A stretch of DNA of 64,000 bases from Kofleriaceae bacterium (GCA_965223575.1 CBDCWZ010000010.1:1-64000); one strand, 5' to 3'; shown: positions 1 to 7,207, counted from the stretch's first letter. Program-made: numbers and translations. Notes: generated by a model not told the origin, from the letters alone.

Positions 1-35
1 AGTAGGCCTACTTCATGCATCGCGTACAGCGTCTT

Positions 36-73
36 ACGGGATTCGAACCCACGACCTCCAGCTTGGGAAGCAG
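36..73 (-). repeat. partial 3' fragment of tRNA-Gly (anticodon-stem 3' side, variable loop, T-arm); 34-nt direct repeat of tRNA-Gly at 11490-11564; att-like island boundary
   Basis: gggattcgaacccacgacctccagcttgggaagc is identical at 40-73 and 11502-11535. No matching 5' acceptor half lies upstream on the minus strand. Confidence 0.6.
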
Positions 74-327
74 CAACTGCATAGTTATAGTTGTCGAGAA
101 CAACTGCGATTTTTAACTATTACAAAATGATAGCTGTGACCTGCCGTGGCAGCAAAGGTCCCAAAGTGACGGACAAAGGGGGTGAAATAGGGGGTGAAAT
201 TTCTGTAGCGCAACGATACGACCAAATTCTTGCGCAATTGGCCCTCAGGAATCAAACTGAACGGGCGTTATGAACTGGGAACAAGTTAGACAAGAATAAT
301 CCAAACCAGTGGCTTCTGATTGAAGCA

Positions 328-531
328 GTGGCGGCGCATACAGACAATGGTACGCGCGTTGTTGAAGAGATTGTCGTCATCTCCTCATTTGATGACTCCA
401 AACAAGCGCTACAAGCGTACCTTGCTAGTCATAAACAAAATCCAACGCAAGAGCTTTATGTTGCTCACACGAGCAGAGAAGCTCTGGATATCAAAGAGCG
501 TAAGTGGGCTGGTGTCCGAACAGCCGCATGA
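328..531 (+). CDS. hypothetical small protein upstream of retropepsin-like pseudogene
   Basis: 67-aa ORF with plausible composition; no recognisable motif. Confidence 0.25.
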   Translation: MAAHTDNGTRVVEEIVVISSFDDSKQALQAYLASHKQNPTQELYVAHTSREALDIKERKWAGVRTAA

Positions 532-918
532 CACCAATAAAGCTCACTCTCCAAGGTGGTTTACCCTTCGTCTCTGCAACAATTGTCCATCGTGGGCAAC
601 AGATTCACGTTAAAAACGTTCTGGTCGACACCGGCTCTGGTGGAACGGTCTTTGCTGCTGATGACCTAGTAGAAATTGGCATTCTTCCTGAGCCCCGCGG
701 ATGAATTGCACCGTCTTTCCGGGATTGGTGGGACCGAGTACGTTTACAGCAAGACCATCGAAAACCTTGCCGTGGGTAGACTGTCCGTTGACAAATTTTG
801 CATCGAGATTGGAGCACTCGACTACGGGTTCGCTATTCAAGGCATTCTTGGCGTTGACTATCTGAGAGCTGTTGACGCTGTCATTGACCTAGAGCAGTTA
901 ACCCTGCATGCCAACTAG
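504..918 (+). pseudogene. retropepsin-like (clan AA) aspartic protease, frameshifted
   Basis: VLVDTGSGGTVFAADD (DTGS catalytic motif) in frame of 504-704; C-terminal ILGVDYL block continues in the 676-918 frame. Confidence 0.55.
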
Positions 919-930
919 GGGGTGTCCTCA

Positions 931-1284
931 TTAGATCCAGAGGATGGCGCAGGCCAGGAGAAGGAAACCGAGGTAACTTGTTGCCGTTTTTTCATAGCGT
1001 GTTGCGATCCGTCGCCAGCGCTTGATGGTGTGAAAGAAGCATTCCACAAGATAACGCTGCTTGTACATCTCCTTGTCATGCCGGCGTTTCCTCTTCCTTG
1101 ATTTGCCTGATGGAATTACCGGTTTCAGGCCGCGCTCTTTGAGTTCACTAATGATTCGGTCCGAATCGTACGCTCCATCTGCGAGAACAGCTTCACCGTG
1201 AACATAGTCGATCAGTTCCTCGGCCACGGTGGAATCGTGCTGCTGTCCTGGGGTAACAAGGATATGGATAGGTCGTGCTTTCAT
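931..1284 (-). CDS. IS5-family transposase OrfB (DDE catalytic part), expressed by -1 frameshift from OrfA
   Basis: ADGAYDSDRI...YKQRYLVECFFHTIKRWRRIATRYEK, DDE_Tnp_1 C-terminal signature. Confidence 0.8.
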   Translation of the reverse strand: MKARPIHILVTPGQQHDSTVAEELIDYVHGEAVLADGAYDSDRIISELKERGLKPVIPSGKSRKRKRRHDKEMYKQRYLVECFFHTIKRWRRIATRYEKTATSYLGFLLLACAILWI

Positions 1285-1331
1285 GTCGACCGCAACATGG
1301 ATCTTCGTGGAGAAACCGCCCCTTGAGCGAC

Positions 1332-1673
1332 CTATTTCGTTTTTTTTGGACCGCCCTTTCCACCCGAAGCATCCTGATGAGTGCGAACAACGGAACCATC
1401 TAGGATCGCACCGATCTCATCATCGTTCAGGCACAAGGCGCGAAATATGTCACGCCAACGGTCCTTGTTCGCCCAGCGCCAGAATCGATTGTACACAGTC
1501 TTCCACGGACCAAATCGCTCAGGAAGATCTCTCCACGGTGCACCCGTTTTTCCAATCCAGTGCACTGCGTTGATAAAACTTCGGTCTCCCCTTTTCGACG
1601 TTTGACCGTGTGGGGGCGGAAGGAGTCCCTCTATCTTGTTCCACTGTTCATCACTGAGTTCGTGGCGCCTCAT
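1332..1673 (-). CDS. IS5-family transposase OrfA (DUF4096-type N-terminal DNA-binding part)
   Basis: MRRHELSDEQWNKIEGLLPP...GAPWRDLPERFGPWKTVYNRFWRW, typical IS427-group OrfA. Confidence 0.8.
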   Translation of the reverse strand: MRRHELSDEQWNKIEGLLPPPHGQTSKRGDRSFINAVHWIGKTGAPWRDLPERFGPWKTVYNRFWRWANKDRWRDIFRALCLNDDEIGAILDGSVVRTHQDASGGKGGPKKTK

Positions 1674-1777
1674 ATAGTGATGTTGATCAATGATCAGTTC
1701 CCGGCGCCAGTTTTTGAACCAACGGCCGGCTAACCGATCGAAATGATCCAGTTTCTAATAGGGACATCCCCTAGTAC

Positions 1778-2257
1778 TTGTCTACCAGTCTACAAAGCGC
1801 GCATAGCCATACCAACGGACCAAAACGCATGATATCTGACCAGCTAGGTATAATTCGCAGGAAGTATTTTCCCACGAAAGTGTTGCAGTCCATCAGCCGA
1901 AATCGGGTAAGAGAAAATCCGGGCCAATTAGAAAACTATGTTCGGGCCCGTCACTTACTGTTATCAGGTGATCCGAACATCACGAGTATCGCCCAAGCTC
2001 AATGTGCAAAATGGTTAAAATGGATTCAATATTGCGATGGGAAAGGACTGATCAGCGAGGCAGCAGTCCCCCGGGGACGTTCTCAGCATCTGCCGACAGT
2101 CTGTCTACCTCGCTCTGAAGCAGTGAGCAGAAGTTTCAGTCTGGCGCGGTTAAAAGCCGTTCCCGCGCCCAGGTTGGACGCCGGTGTTGTACCGGTCATC
2201 CGAGCCCCGTCCCCATTCCTGCGTCACGACTCCCAGAAGCGGAGGGCGATGGGGTAA
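1778..2257 (+). CDS. hypothetical; N-terminal ~35 codons lie on a DNA segment repeated at 10300-10420
   Basis: similar DNA at 1845-1945 and 10310-10420 (…GIIRRKYFPTKVL…NPGQLEN versus …NIVRRKFFPAK…NPEQLED); may be a repeated non-coding element rather than a gene. Confidence 0.2.
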   Translation: MSTSLQSAHSHTNGPKRMISDQLGIIRRKYFPTKVLQSISRNRVRENPGQLENYVRARHLLLSGDPNITSIAQAQCAKWLKWIQYCDGKGLISEAAVPRGRSQHLPTVCLPRSEAVSRSFSLARLKAVPAPRLDAGVVPVIRAPSPFLRHDSQKRRAMG

Positions 2258-2732
2258 TCGACGGGTCGCCGCCTGTGAAGCGAACGCTGGCGCTGACAAC
2301 GGGGGCGCGGACTGGGACGAGGACGGGAACAACACTGACCACACGTACTACGACCCCAATGTACTTTGAGTTCGTGCAGCGTGGCGGCGACGCGCATTGG
2401 GTCTGACTATTTGCCGCGCACCAACAGTATTTGCTGTCGTCAAGAACTATTCTTTGCTATAATCGTTTTCACGAACGAGACGAACAATGACTCGCATGTT
2501 TGACATAGCCGCGACACAACCAGCGCCGAGAAAACATCTCGAGCGGCAGGGTACGTGCGCGCGCTTTAGCGATTCCGGGTTATCAGCCAGGCCAGTAGAA
2601 AGTTCGCGTATTTATCTCGCCGGCAACCTGATCTGGAATCCAGAAAGTGGGGCGGCTATGTCATGAAGCTAGTCAAATAGCACCGAGACACAGCCGTCCC
2701 AGGAAAACCTCGGACGGCTTTTTCGTGTTTCG

Positions 2733-2874
2733 GGGGGCACTCCACGGGTTGGTTGCCGCGGCTGTAAACCGCTTGCACGAGGGTTAACTAGGGTCCTTCG
2801 GACCCGTTGCCAGGGCCGAAAAATTCCATTGCATGGAATTTGTTCACCAACCTGGTCGAGTCCTTCTGCCCCCA
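2733..2874 (+). tRNA. tRNA-like, anticodon GTA (Tyr) with class-I (short) variable loop, interrupted in T-loop by 71-nt B-family element (2786-2856)
   Basis: acceptor gggggca/tgccccc; anticodon loop ctgtaaa; spliced T-arm gaggg-ttcgagt-ccttc is perfect; D-arm atypical. Confidence 0.45.
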
Positions 2875-2984
2875 CGACGGGAGACGTGCGCCCAGAAAAT
2901 GGCGCACACGAAAAACAATGACAGCGAAGCGAAAGGAAAAACGATGACGATGACAAAACGAAAACGGATGTGCGGACAACTTCT

Positions 2985-3126
2985 GCCTCCGTGACGCAAC
3001 GGTAGCGTAACCGACTTTTAATCGGAAAGTTGGGGGTTAACTAGGATGCTTCGCATCCGTTGACGCCACGGTATAAATCCAGCGAACTGGATTTATACCG
3101 TAAGGCGGACGATTCCCTCCGGGGCA
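2985..3126 (+). tRNA. tRNA-Lys(TTT) interrupted in T-loop by 71-nt A-family element (3039-3109)
   Basis: acceptor gcctccg, D-arm acgc-aacggta-gcgt, anticodon loop cttttaa; GGTT|[insert]|CGATTCC restores ggggg-ttcgatt-ccctc; 6/7 acceptor pairs. Confidence 0.55.
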
Positions 3127-3226
3127 CGACCGCGTTGCTGAAGATTTTGCAGAGCGTAGTGGACGCAGTCCACGGAGCTGCAAAAGTTCAGGCGCGTTAA
3201 CGGTCCTGTAGGGACCCAGTTAATCA
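3126..3226 (+). repeat. B-family structured spacer (forward orientation, variant hairpin), directly follows tRNA-Lys 3' end and precedes tRNA-Gln
   Basis: CGCGTTGCTGAAG…hairpins…GGTCCTGTAGGGACCCAGTTAATC; other forward copies at 3300-3371, ~3925-4030, 5343-5410, 5690-5788 begin right after tRNA discriminator bases and end in CCTAGTTAAC(C). Confidence 0.6.
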
Positions 3227-3227
3227 T

Positions 3228-3298
3228 TCGGAGATCGTCTAACGGTAGGACGACTGGCTCTGGACCAGTAAATCGGGGTTCGAATCCCTGTCTCCGAC
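3228..3298 (+). tRNA. tRNA-Gln(CTG)
   Basis: acceptor tcggaga/tctccga; anticodon loop ctctgga; T-arm cgggg-ttcgaat-ccctg; no encoded CCA. Confidence 0.7.
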
Positions 3299-3504
3299 CG
3301 CGTTGCTGAACAAATTCAACGAAGTGGAATTTTTCAGCCGCGATAACGGGTCCGAAGGACCCTAGTTAACCAGAACGAAACTGCGGTGTTCGCGACACGA
3401 GTGCCTTGAGTGGCCAGGGTGAACGACATCATCGGTGGATTCGCGATCTTTGACAACTGAATAGCGACGACGACAACGCGGGGCGTTTCCCGACGCCCCA
3501 TTTC

Positions 3505-3576
3505 CCACTTTGGCGTAGGTGGTCCGCGCGCCGGTCTGAAGAGCCGGAGGACCTGGTTCGATTCCAGGAGGGTGGG
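3505..3576 (+). tRNA. tRNA-like, possibly Phe(GAA); weak D-arm
   Basis: T-arm cctgg-ttcgatt-ccagg perfect; acceptor ccacttt/agggtgg with 2 GU; anticodon loop ctgaaga. Confidence 0.35.
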
Positions 3577-3749
3577 ACTTTTGCGGGTTCGTGGTGAAAC
3601 AGGATCATACCGGGTTCTTACCCCGTGAGTGAACTGCGCGCGGCCGAAGGCCGTGCTCGTTACCGCGGTTGAAAAATTCCAGTTTGTACTGGAATTTGTT
3701 CAACAACGCGGTGAGCGTGCAAATCGTTCCGGACCCACTACTCGCGTTT

Positions 3750-3893
3750 GCCCCTGGAAGCATCTGGGCGAGGCTAGCCGGCTGTCTACCGGCCGAGGAG
3801 GGTTAACTAGGATGCTCCGCATCCGTTGACGCCACTGTACAAATCCAGCGAACTGGATTTGTACAGTAAGGCGGACGATTCCCTTCAGGGGCG
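3750..3893 (+). tRNA. tRNA-Asp(GTC)-like interrupted in T-loop by 71-nt A-family element (3805-3875)
   Basis: acceptor gcccctg/caggggc perfect; anticodon stem gccgg/ccggc, loop ctgtcta (position 37 = T, unusual); spliced T-arm gaggg-ttcgatt-ccctt. Confidence 0.5.
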
Positions 3894-4042
3894 CTTTGGA
3901 AGCGCAAGCCAACTGGCGATGGCACCCGATTCGACCGGGTTGCTAAACTTTTGCGAAGCAGAGCGGATGTTCGTCCGCGGAGCTGCAACAAGTTTAGACG
4001 CGGTGACGGGTCCGAAGGACCCTAGTCAACTCGGGGCAGGTT

Positions 4043-4117
4043 AACTGCGCGCGCCTTCGGCGTGCTCGTTAACGCCGCTGTACAACTCCAGTTGCTGGAT
4101 TTGTACAGCAAGGCGGA
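4043..4117 (+). repeat. A-family variant element followed by an orphan tRNA 3' half (T-arm + acceptor 3')
   Basis: GGTT|AACTGCGCGCGCCTTCGGCGTGC…AAGGCGGA|CAACTCC restores gcagg-ttcaact-cctgt + cgcttcc; no 5' half upstream (occupied by a B-family copy). Confidence 0.45.
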
Positions 4118-4227
4118 CAACTCCTGTCGCTTCCGCCGATGGAAGGTAATCAGGCTGCGGAGCCTGGCCCGGCTGCTACCCGGTGCGCGCCAACAGCGTC
4201 TGGCTCGACTCCAGTGCCTTCCGCAAT

Positions 4228-4302
4228 GGCCCGGTCGTCTAATGGTCAGGACACGAGGCTTTCAATCTCGGAATCGGAGTTCGATTCTCCGTCGGGTCAC
4301 CA
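4228..4302 (+). tRNA. tRNA-Glu(TTC), CCA encoded
   Basis: close match to canonical bacterial tRNA-Glu (TCGTCTA..GGTCAGGACAC…CTTTCAA…); acceptor ggcccgg/tcgggtc; T-arm cggag-ttcgatt-ctccg. Confidence 0.8.
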
Positions 4303-4303
4303 C

Positions 4304-4375
4304 GGGCTGATAGTGATAGTGGGAACACGCTGCTTTCGCACGGCAGAAAGCCGGGTTCGAATCCCGGTCGGTCCA
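4304..4375 (+). tRNA. tRNA-Ala(CGC)-like
   Basis: acceptor gggctga/tcggtcc (GU pairs); anticodon loop ttcgcac; T-arm ccggg-ttcgaat-cccgg; begins 1 nt after preceding CCA. Confidence 0.5.
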
Positions 4376-4391
4376 CTTTAGCTCCTTCAAT

Positions 4392-4467
4392 GGGCACGCA
4401 TGTACCAAGGGGGCGAGCTGGCCTTGCAAGCCGGCTGTGGTCGGTTCGATTCCGACCGTGTCCACCA
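4392..4467 (+). tRNA. tRNA-Ala(TGC), CCA encoded
   Basis: acceptor gggcacg/cgtgtcc; anticodon stem ctggc/gccgg, loop cttgcaa; T-arm gtcgg-ttcgatt-ccgac; D-arm atypical. Confidence 0.55.
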
Positions 4468-4528
4468 TCCAATACCAGGTGTAAGTCAGCGGCAGACGGC
4501 ATCGTTTGGGACGATGCAGACGGAGGTT

Positions 4529-4599
4529 AACTAGGATGCTCCGCATCCGTTGACGCCACTGTACAAATCCAGCGAACTGGATTTGTACAGTAAGGCGGA
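4529..4599 (+). repeat. 71-nt A-family element inserted in T-loop of a tRNA-Pro(TGG)-like pseudo-tRNA (about 4470-4623)
   Basis: flanks GTT|…|CGATTCC restore ggagg-ttcgatt-cctcc followed by agggggc-a-CCA; anticodon loop tttggga; 5' acceptor does not pair, so pseudo-tRNA. Confidence 0.5.
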
Positions 4600-4634
4600 C
4601 GATTCCTCCAGGGGGCACCACACGCATCGATCTT

Positions 4635-4708
4635 CCGCCGGTAGTTCAACGGGAGAACTGTCGCCTGATAAGCGGCCAATGGTGGTTCGATTCCACCCTG
4701 GCGGACCA
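4635..4708 (+). tRNA. tRNA-Ile(GAT), CCA encoded
   Basis: acceptor ccgccgg/ctggcgg; D-arm gttc-aacggga-gaac; anticodon loop ctgataa; T-arm ggtgg-ttcgatt-ccacc. Confidence 0.8.
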
Positions 4709-4709
4709 T

Positions 4710-4784
4710 GGTGATCGTAGCTCAAAGGTAGAGCACTCGGCTGTGACCCGAGCGGTGGGAGTTCGATTCTCCTCGATCACCCCA
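4710..4784 (+). tRNA. tRNA-His(GTG) with encoded G-1, CCA encoded
   Basis: G-1 + gtgatcg/cgatcac, discriminator C; D-arm gctc-aaaggta-gagc; anticodon loop ctgtgac. Confidence 0.8.
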
Positions 4785-4796
4785 ACTTCCTTTTCA

Positions 4797-4870
4797 GCGG
4801 GCTTGGCGTAACAGCAGCGTATCAGGCTTCCAACCTGAGGGTACGGGTGCAATTCCCGTAGCCCGCACCA
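4797..4870 (+). tRNA. tRNA-Gly(TCC), CCA encoded
   Basis: acceptor gcgggct/agcccgc; anticodon stem tcagg/cctga, loop cttccaa; T-loop tgcaatt. Confidence 0.7.
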
Positions 4871-4872
4871 AC

Positions 4873-4943
4873 GCCTTCGTAGCACAGGGGCAGTGCACTG
4901 GTTTCGTACTCCAGGGACGTGGGTTCGATTCCCGCCGAAGGCT
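4873..4943 (+). tRNA. tRNA-Thr(CGT)
   Basis: acceptor gccttcg/cgaaggc; D-arm gcac-aggggca-gtgc; anticodon loop ttcgtac; T-arm gtggg-ttcgatt-cccgc. Confidence 0.7.
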
Positions 4944-4947
4944 CCGC

Positions 4948-5018
4948 TTCGGTGTCGTCCAACGGCAGGACAGCGGTCTTTGAAGCCGACGACCGGGGTT
5001 CGAATCCCTGCACCGGAA
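4948..5018 (+). tRNA. tRNA-Gln(TTG)
   Basis: acceptor ttcggtg/caccgga; D-arm like the Gln(CTG) copy; anticodon loop ctttgaa; T-arm cgggg-ttcgaat-ccctg. Confidence 0.6.
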
Positions 5019-5022
5019 CTGC

Positions 5023-5096
5023 GCCTCTCGTAGCCATCTGGGAAGGCACCTGCCTTGTAAGCAGGCTAGGCGGTTCGATTCCGACGAGGGGCTCCA
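5023..5096 (+). tRNA. tRNA-Thr(TGT), CCA encoded
   Basis: acceptor gcctctc/gaggggc; D-arm agcc-atctggga-aggc; anticodon stem cctgc/gcagg, loop cttgtaa. Confidence 0.7.
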
Positions 5097-5101
5097 TCTA
5101 T

Positions 5102-5173
5102 TCCTCCGTGGCTTAACGGTAGAGCACCCGGCTGTTAACCGGGGATGTGCAGGTTCGACTCCTGCCGGGGAGC
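5102..5173 (+). tRNA. tRNA-Asn(GTT)
   Basis: anticodon stem cccgg/ccggg, loop ctgttaa; T-arm gcagg-ttcgact-cctgc; acceptor tcctccg/cggggag with one mismatch. Confidence 0.6.
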
Positions 5174-5176
5174 TAT

Positions 5177-5329
5177 GTCGCTATCGTCCAGTTGGCGAGG
5201 ACGCCGGTCTCTCAAGCCGGAAACGGCGGGTTAACTAGGATGCTTCGCATCCGTTGACGCCGCTGAACAAATCCAGCGAACTGGATTTGTTCAGCAAGGC
5301 GGGCAAGTCCCCCTCCCCTAGCGACGCCA
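5177..5329 (+). tRNA. tRNA-Glu(CTC)-like interrupted by 71-nt A-family element (5233-5303); 3' T-arm degenerate; CCA encoded
   Basis: acceptor gtcgcta … tagcgac-g-cca; anticodon stem ccggt/gccgg, loop ctctcaa; T-stem ggcgg then GTT|insert|CAAGTCC plus a C-rich tail. Confidence 0.4.
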
Positions 5330-5543
5330 TGCGATCGTCGACCGCGTTGCTGAACAAATTCAACGAAGTGGAATTTTTCAGCCGCGGTAACGAGCACGCC
5401 GAAGGCGCGCGCAGTTAACAAGAGCTATTGAGGCCAAGGGGTTGACTAGGGTCCTTCGGACCCGTCACCGCGGCTGTAATCCTCCAGTAAACTGGATGAT
5501 TACAGCAACGCGGTCGATTCCCACCGTCGGCTCCAATCACTAT

Positions 5544-5615
5544 GCCTCCACCCAAGGATGGGACGCGGCGCTACGAACGCTGTCGATGAAGGTTCGAGTC
5601 CTTCTGGAGGTGCCA
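5544..5615 (+). tRNA. tRNA-Arg(ACG), CCA encoded; short D-arm
   Basis: acceptor gcctcca/tggaggt; anticodon stem cggcg/cgctg, loop ctacgaa; T-arm gaagg-ttcgagt-ccttc. Confidence 0.65.
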
Positions 5616-5617
5616 AT

Positions 5618-5687
5618 ACCACCGCACGTGGACTCGTGGCCTGGGGTTCCGAACCTTGGTGAAGCAGTTCGATTCTGCTCGGTGGAC
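5618..5687 (+). tRNA. tRNA-Arg(CCG)-like
   Basis: T-arm agcag-ttcgatt-ctgct; acceptor (a)ccaccg/cggtgga; anticodon loop ttccgaa with a GU-rich stem. Confidence 0.4.
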
Positions 5688-5793
5688 CGGGTTGCTGTAG
5701 TTATGCAAAGCGGAGCGGACGGAAGGTCCGCGAAGTTGCAGAACTACAGGCGCGATAACGGGTCGAGCGTAGCGAAACCCTAGTTAACTTCAT

Positions 5794-5860
5794 GGGCGAC
5801 GATCTGGGATCAGCTTGGGCTCCAAATCCGAGCAGCGGGGTTCAATTCCTCGGTCGCCTG
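5794..5860 (+). tRNA. degenerate tRNA-like (67 nt), anticodon unclear
   Basis: acceptor gggcgac/gtcgcct and T-arm cgggg-ttcaatt-cctcg, but no canonical anticodon arm. Confidence 0.25.
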
Positions 5861-5870
5861 CAACTCTTGC

Positions 5871-5943
5871 AGTCGCGTAGCCCAACGGAAGAGGCGGCAG
5901 GCTTAGAACCTGTGTGTTGGGGGTTCGAATCCTCCCGCGACTA
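5871..5943 (+). tRNA. tRNA-like, class-I structure with anticodon TAG (Leu codon CUA) - noncanonical
   Basis: acceptor agtcgcg/cgcgact; anticodon stem gcagg/cctgt, loop cttagaa; T-arm ggggg-ttcgaat-cctcc; 5-nt variable loop. Confidence 0.45.
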
Positions 5944-5946
5944 CTG

Positions 5947-6091
5947 CGGTACGTAGCCCAATCGGCAGAGGCATCCAGTTTAAGCCCGGACCAGTGAGGG
6001 TTAACTAGGATGCTTCGCATCCGTTGACGCCACTGTACAAATCCAGCGAACTGGATTTGTACAGTAAGGCGGACGACTCCCTCCGTACCGA
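5947..6091 (+). tRNA. tRNA-like (apparent anticodon TAA, class-I) interrupted in T-loop by 71-nt A-family element (6003-6073)
   Basis: acceptor cggtacg/cgtaccg perfect; spliced T-arm gaggg-ttcgact-ccctc perfect; anticodon stem has one mismatch. Confidence 0.45.
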
Positions 6092-6098
6092 CCTTCGA

Positions 6099-6243
6099 GC
6101 CAACGTAGCCCAACTGGCAGAGGCACCGGATTCAAATCGCGGACAGTATCGGTTAACTAGGATGCTCTGCATCCGTTAACGCCGCCGAACAAATCCAGCG
6201 AACTGGATTTGTTCAGCAAGGCGGACGACTCCGATCGTTGGCA
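6099..6243 (+). tRNA. tRNA-like (anticodon region ttcaaat, possibly CAA) interrupted in T-loop by 71-nt A-family element (6155-6225)
   Basis: acceptor gccaacg/cgttggc perfect; spliced T-arm atcgg-ttcgact-ccgat perfect; anticodon stem poorly paired. Confidence 0.4.
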
Positions 6244-6249
6244 CAAAAC

Positions 6250-6408
6250 GCGGACGTGGTGGAACGGGATACACGCAACGTTGAGAGCGTTGTGAGCCAC
6301 GTGCTCAATGCCGGTTAACTCGGGGCCTTTGGACCCGTTCTCGGGGCTGAAAAATTCCACGATGTGGAATTTGTTCACCAACCCGGTCGAATCCGGCCGT
6401 CCGCACCA
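6250..6408 (+). tRNA. tRNA-Leu(GAG), class II, interrupted in T-loop by 71-nt B-family element (6317-6387); CCA encoded
   Basis: acceptor gcggacg/cgtccgc perfect; anticodon stem caacg/cgttg, loop ttgagag; long variable arm gagc-cacgt-gctc; spliced T-arm gccgg-ttcgaat-ccggc perfect. Confidence 0.65.
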
Positions 6409-6441
6409 TCCAGAAACATCAACCCTCAACGAAAGGCAGCC

Positions 6442-6972
6442 ATGACGGCTCAAACACTGTTGTTGTCCGCGGGCTATGAGCCGATCAAGGTCGTCTCTTG
6501 GCAACGCGCGATAACCTTACTCACGCTCGGCAAGATCGAAGTTCTGGAAGAGTATGATCGCGAAGTTCGATCCCCGACCATTGCGTTTAAGATGCCTGCG
6601 GTCGTTCGACTTTTGCAGGTACTCAAGCGCAACAAGAAGGCAGTCAAGTTCTCGCGCATCAACATCTATGCGCGGGATAAGTACCGGTGCCAATACTGCT
6701 GTCGAAAGCTACCCATCGCCGAGTTGACCTACGACCACGTCGTTCCGCGCGCGAAGGGTGGCAAGACGATTTGGCAGAACATCGTGACCGCATGCGAAAC
6801 GTGCAACAGCCGCAAGGGGAACCGGACGCCGGAGCAAGCGCACATGGCGTTGCTCAACCGGCCAACACGGCCGACTTGGGTCCCGGTCATGACGCTTCGG
6901 GTAAACCGCAACACGGCGCCCGATGCCTGGAGAGACTATCTCTACTGGACCGGTGAACTGCAAAGCGGCTGA
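6442..6972 (+). CDS. HNH endonuclease (small McrA-like HNH nuclease) embedded in the tRNA array
   Basis: CQYCCRKLP…LTYDHVVPRAKGG…CETCNSRKGN (HNH His-metal finger); RBS GAAAGG before the ATG at 6442. Confidence 0.8.
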   Translation: MTAQTLLLSAGYEPIKVVSWQRAITLLTLGKIEVLEEYDREVRSPTIAFKMPAVVRLLQVLKRNKKAVKFSRINIYARDKYRCQYCCRKLPIAELTYDHVVPRAKGGKTIWQNIVTACETCNSRKGNRTPEQAHMALLNRPTRPTWVPVMTLRVNRNTAPDAWRDYLYWTGELQSG

Positions 6973-7029
6973 CCGCACACCGAATGCCACGGGCCACAGA
7001 TCGGATCCGCGAGCCCGCCGGCATTCACT

Positions 7030-7117
7030 GGAGAGACAAACCGATTGGCGACGGTGCTCGGCTTGAACCCGAGTGAGCGTAACTGCCTTAGGGGTTCGAC
7101 TCCCCTTCTCTCCGCCA
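7030..7117 (+). tRNA. tRNA-Ser(TGA), class II, CCA encoded
   Basis: acceptor ggagaga/tctctcc; anticodon stem ctcgg/ccgag, loop cttgaac; long variable arm; T-arm agggg-ttcgact-cccct. Confidence 0.8.
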
Positions 7118-7118
7118 T

Positions 7119-7203
7119 GGAAGGCATCCGAATGGTGAGGACCCCGGTTGGAAGCCGGGCGGGCGACAACGTTGCCTTGAGGGTTCGAGTCCCTCGCCTT
7201 CCG
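7119..7203 (+). tRNA. tRNA-Ser(GGA), class II
   Basis: acceptor ggaaggc/gccttcc; anticodon stem cccgg/ccggg, loop ttggaag; long variable arm; T-arm gaggg-ttcgagt-ccctc. Confidence 0.75.
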
Positions 7204-7207
7204 CTGC

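Larger units (their letters stand above)
910..1775 (-). mobile_element. IS5-family (IS427/IS1031-like) insertion sequence with imperfect ~22-bp terminal inverted repeats
   Basis: ctagggggtgtcctcattagat at 910-931 versus atctaatagggacatcccctag near 1752-1775; two-ORF transposase with an A8 slippery run (cggtccaaaaaaaacg on the coding strand ~1335-1350). Confidence 0.75.

Noticed and set aside
1778-2257. Repeated segment (1845-1945 and 10310-10420) as a conserved protein N-terminus or ncRNA
   Set aside because: The similarity is clear at the DNA level, but neither a consistent ORF nor an RNA structure could be established by eye. It is left as an unexplained dispersed repeat.
3512-3640. Additional tRNA-like fragments (for example a Lys-CTT-like anticodon arm at ~3590-3625)
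   Set aside because: Only isolated stem-loops without acceptor or T-arms. They are probably debris of recombined tRNA genes.
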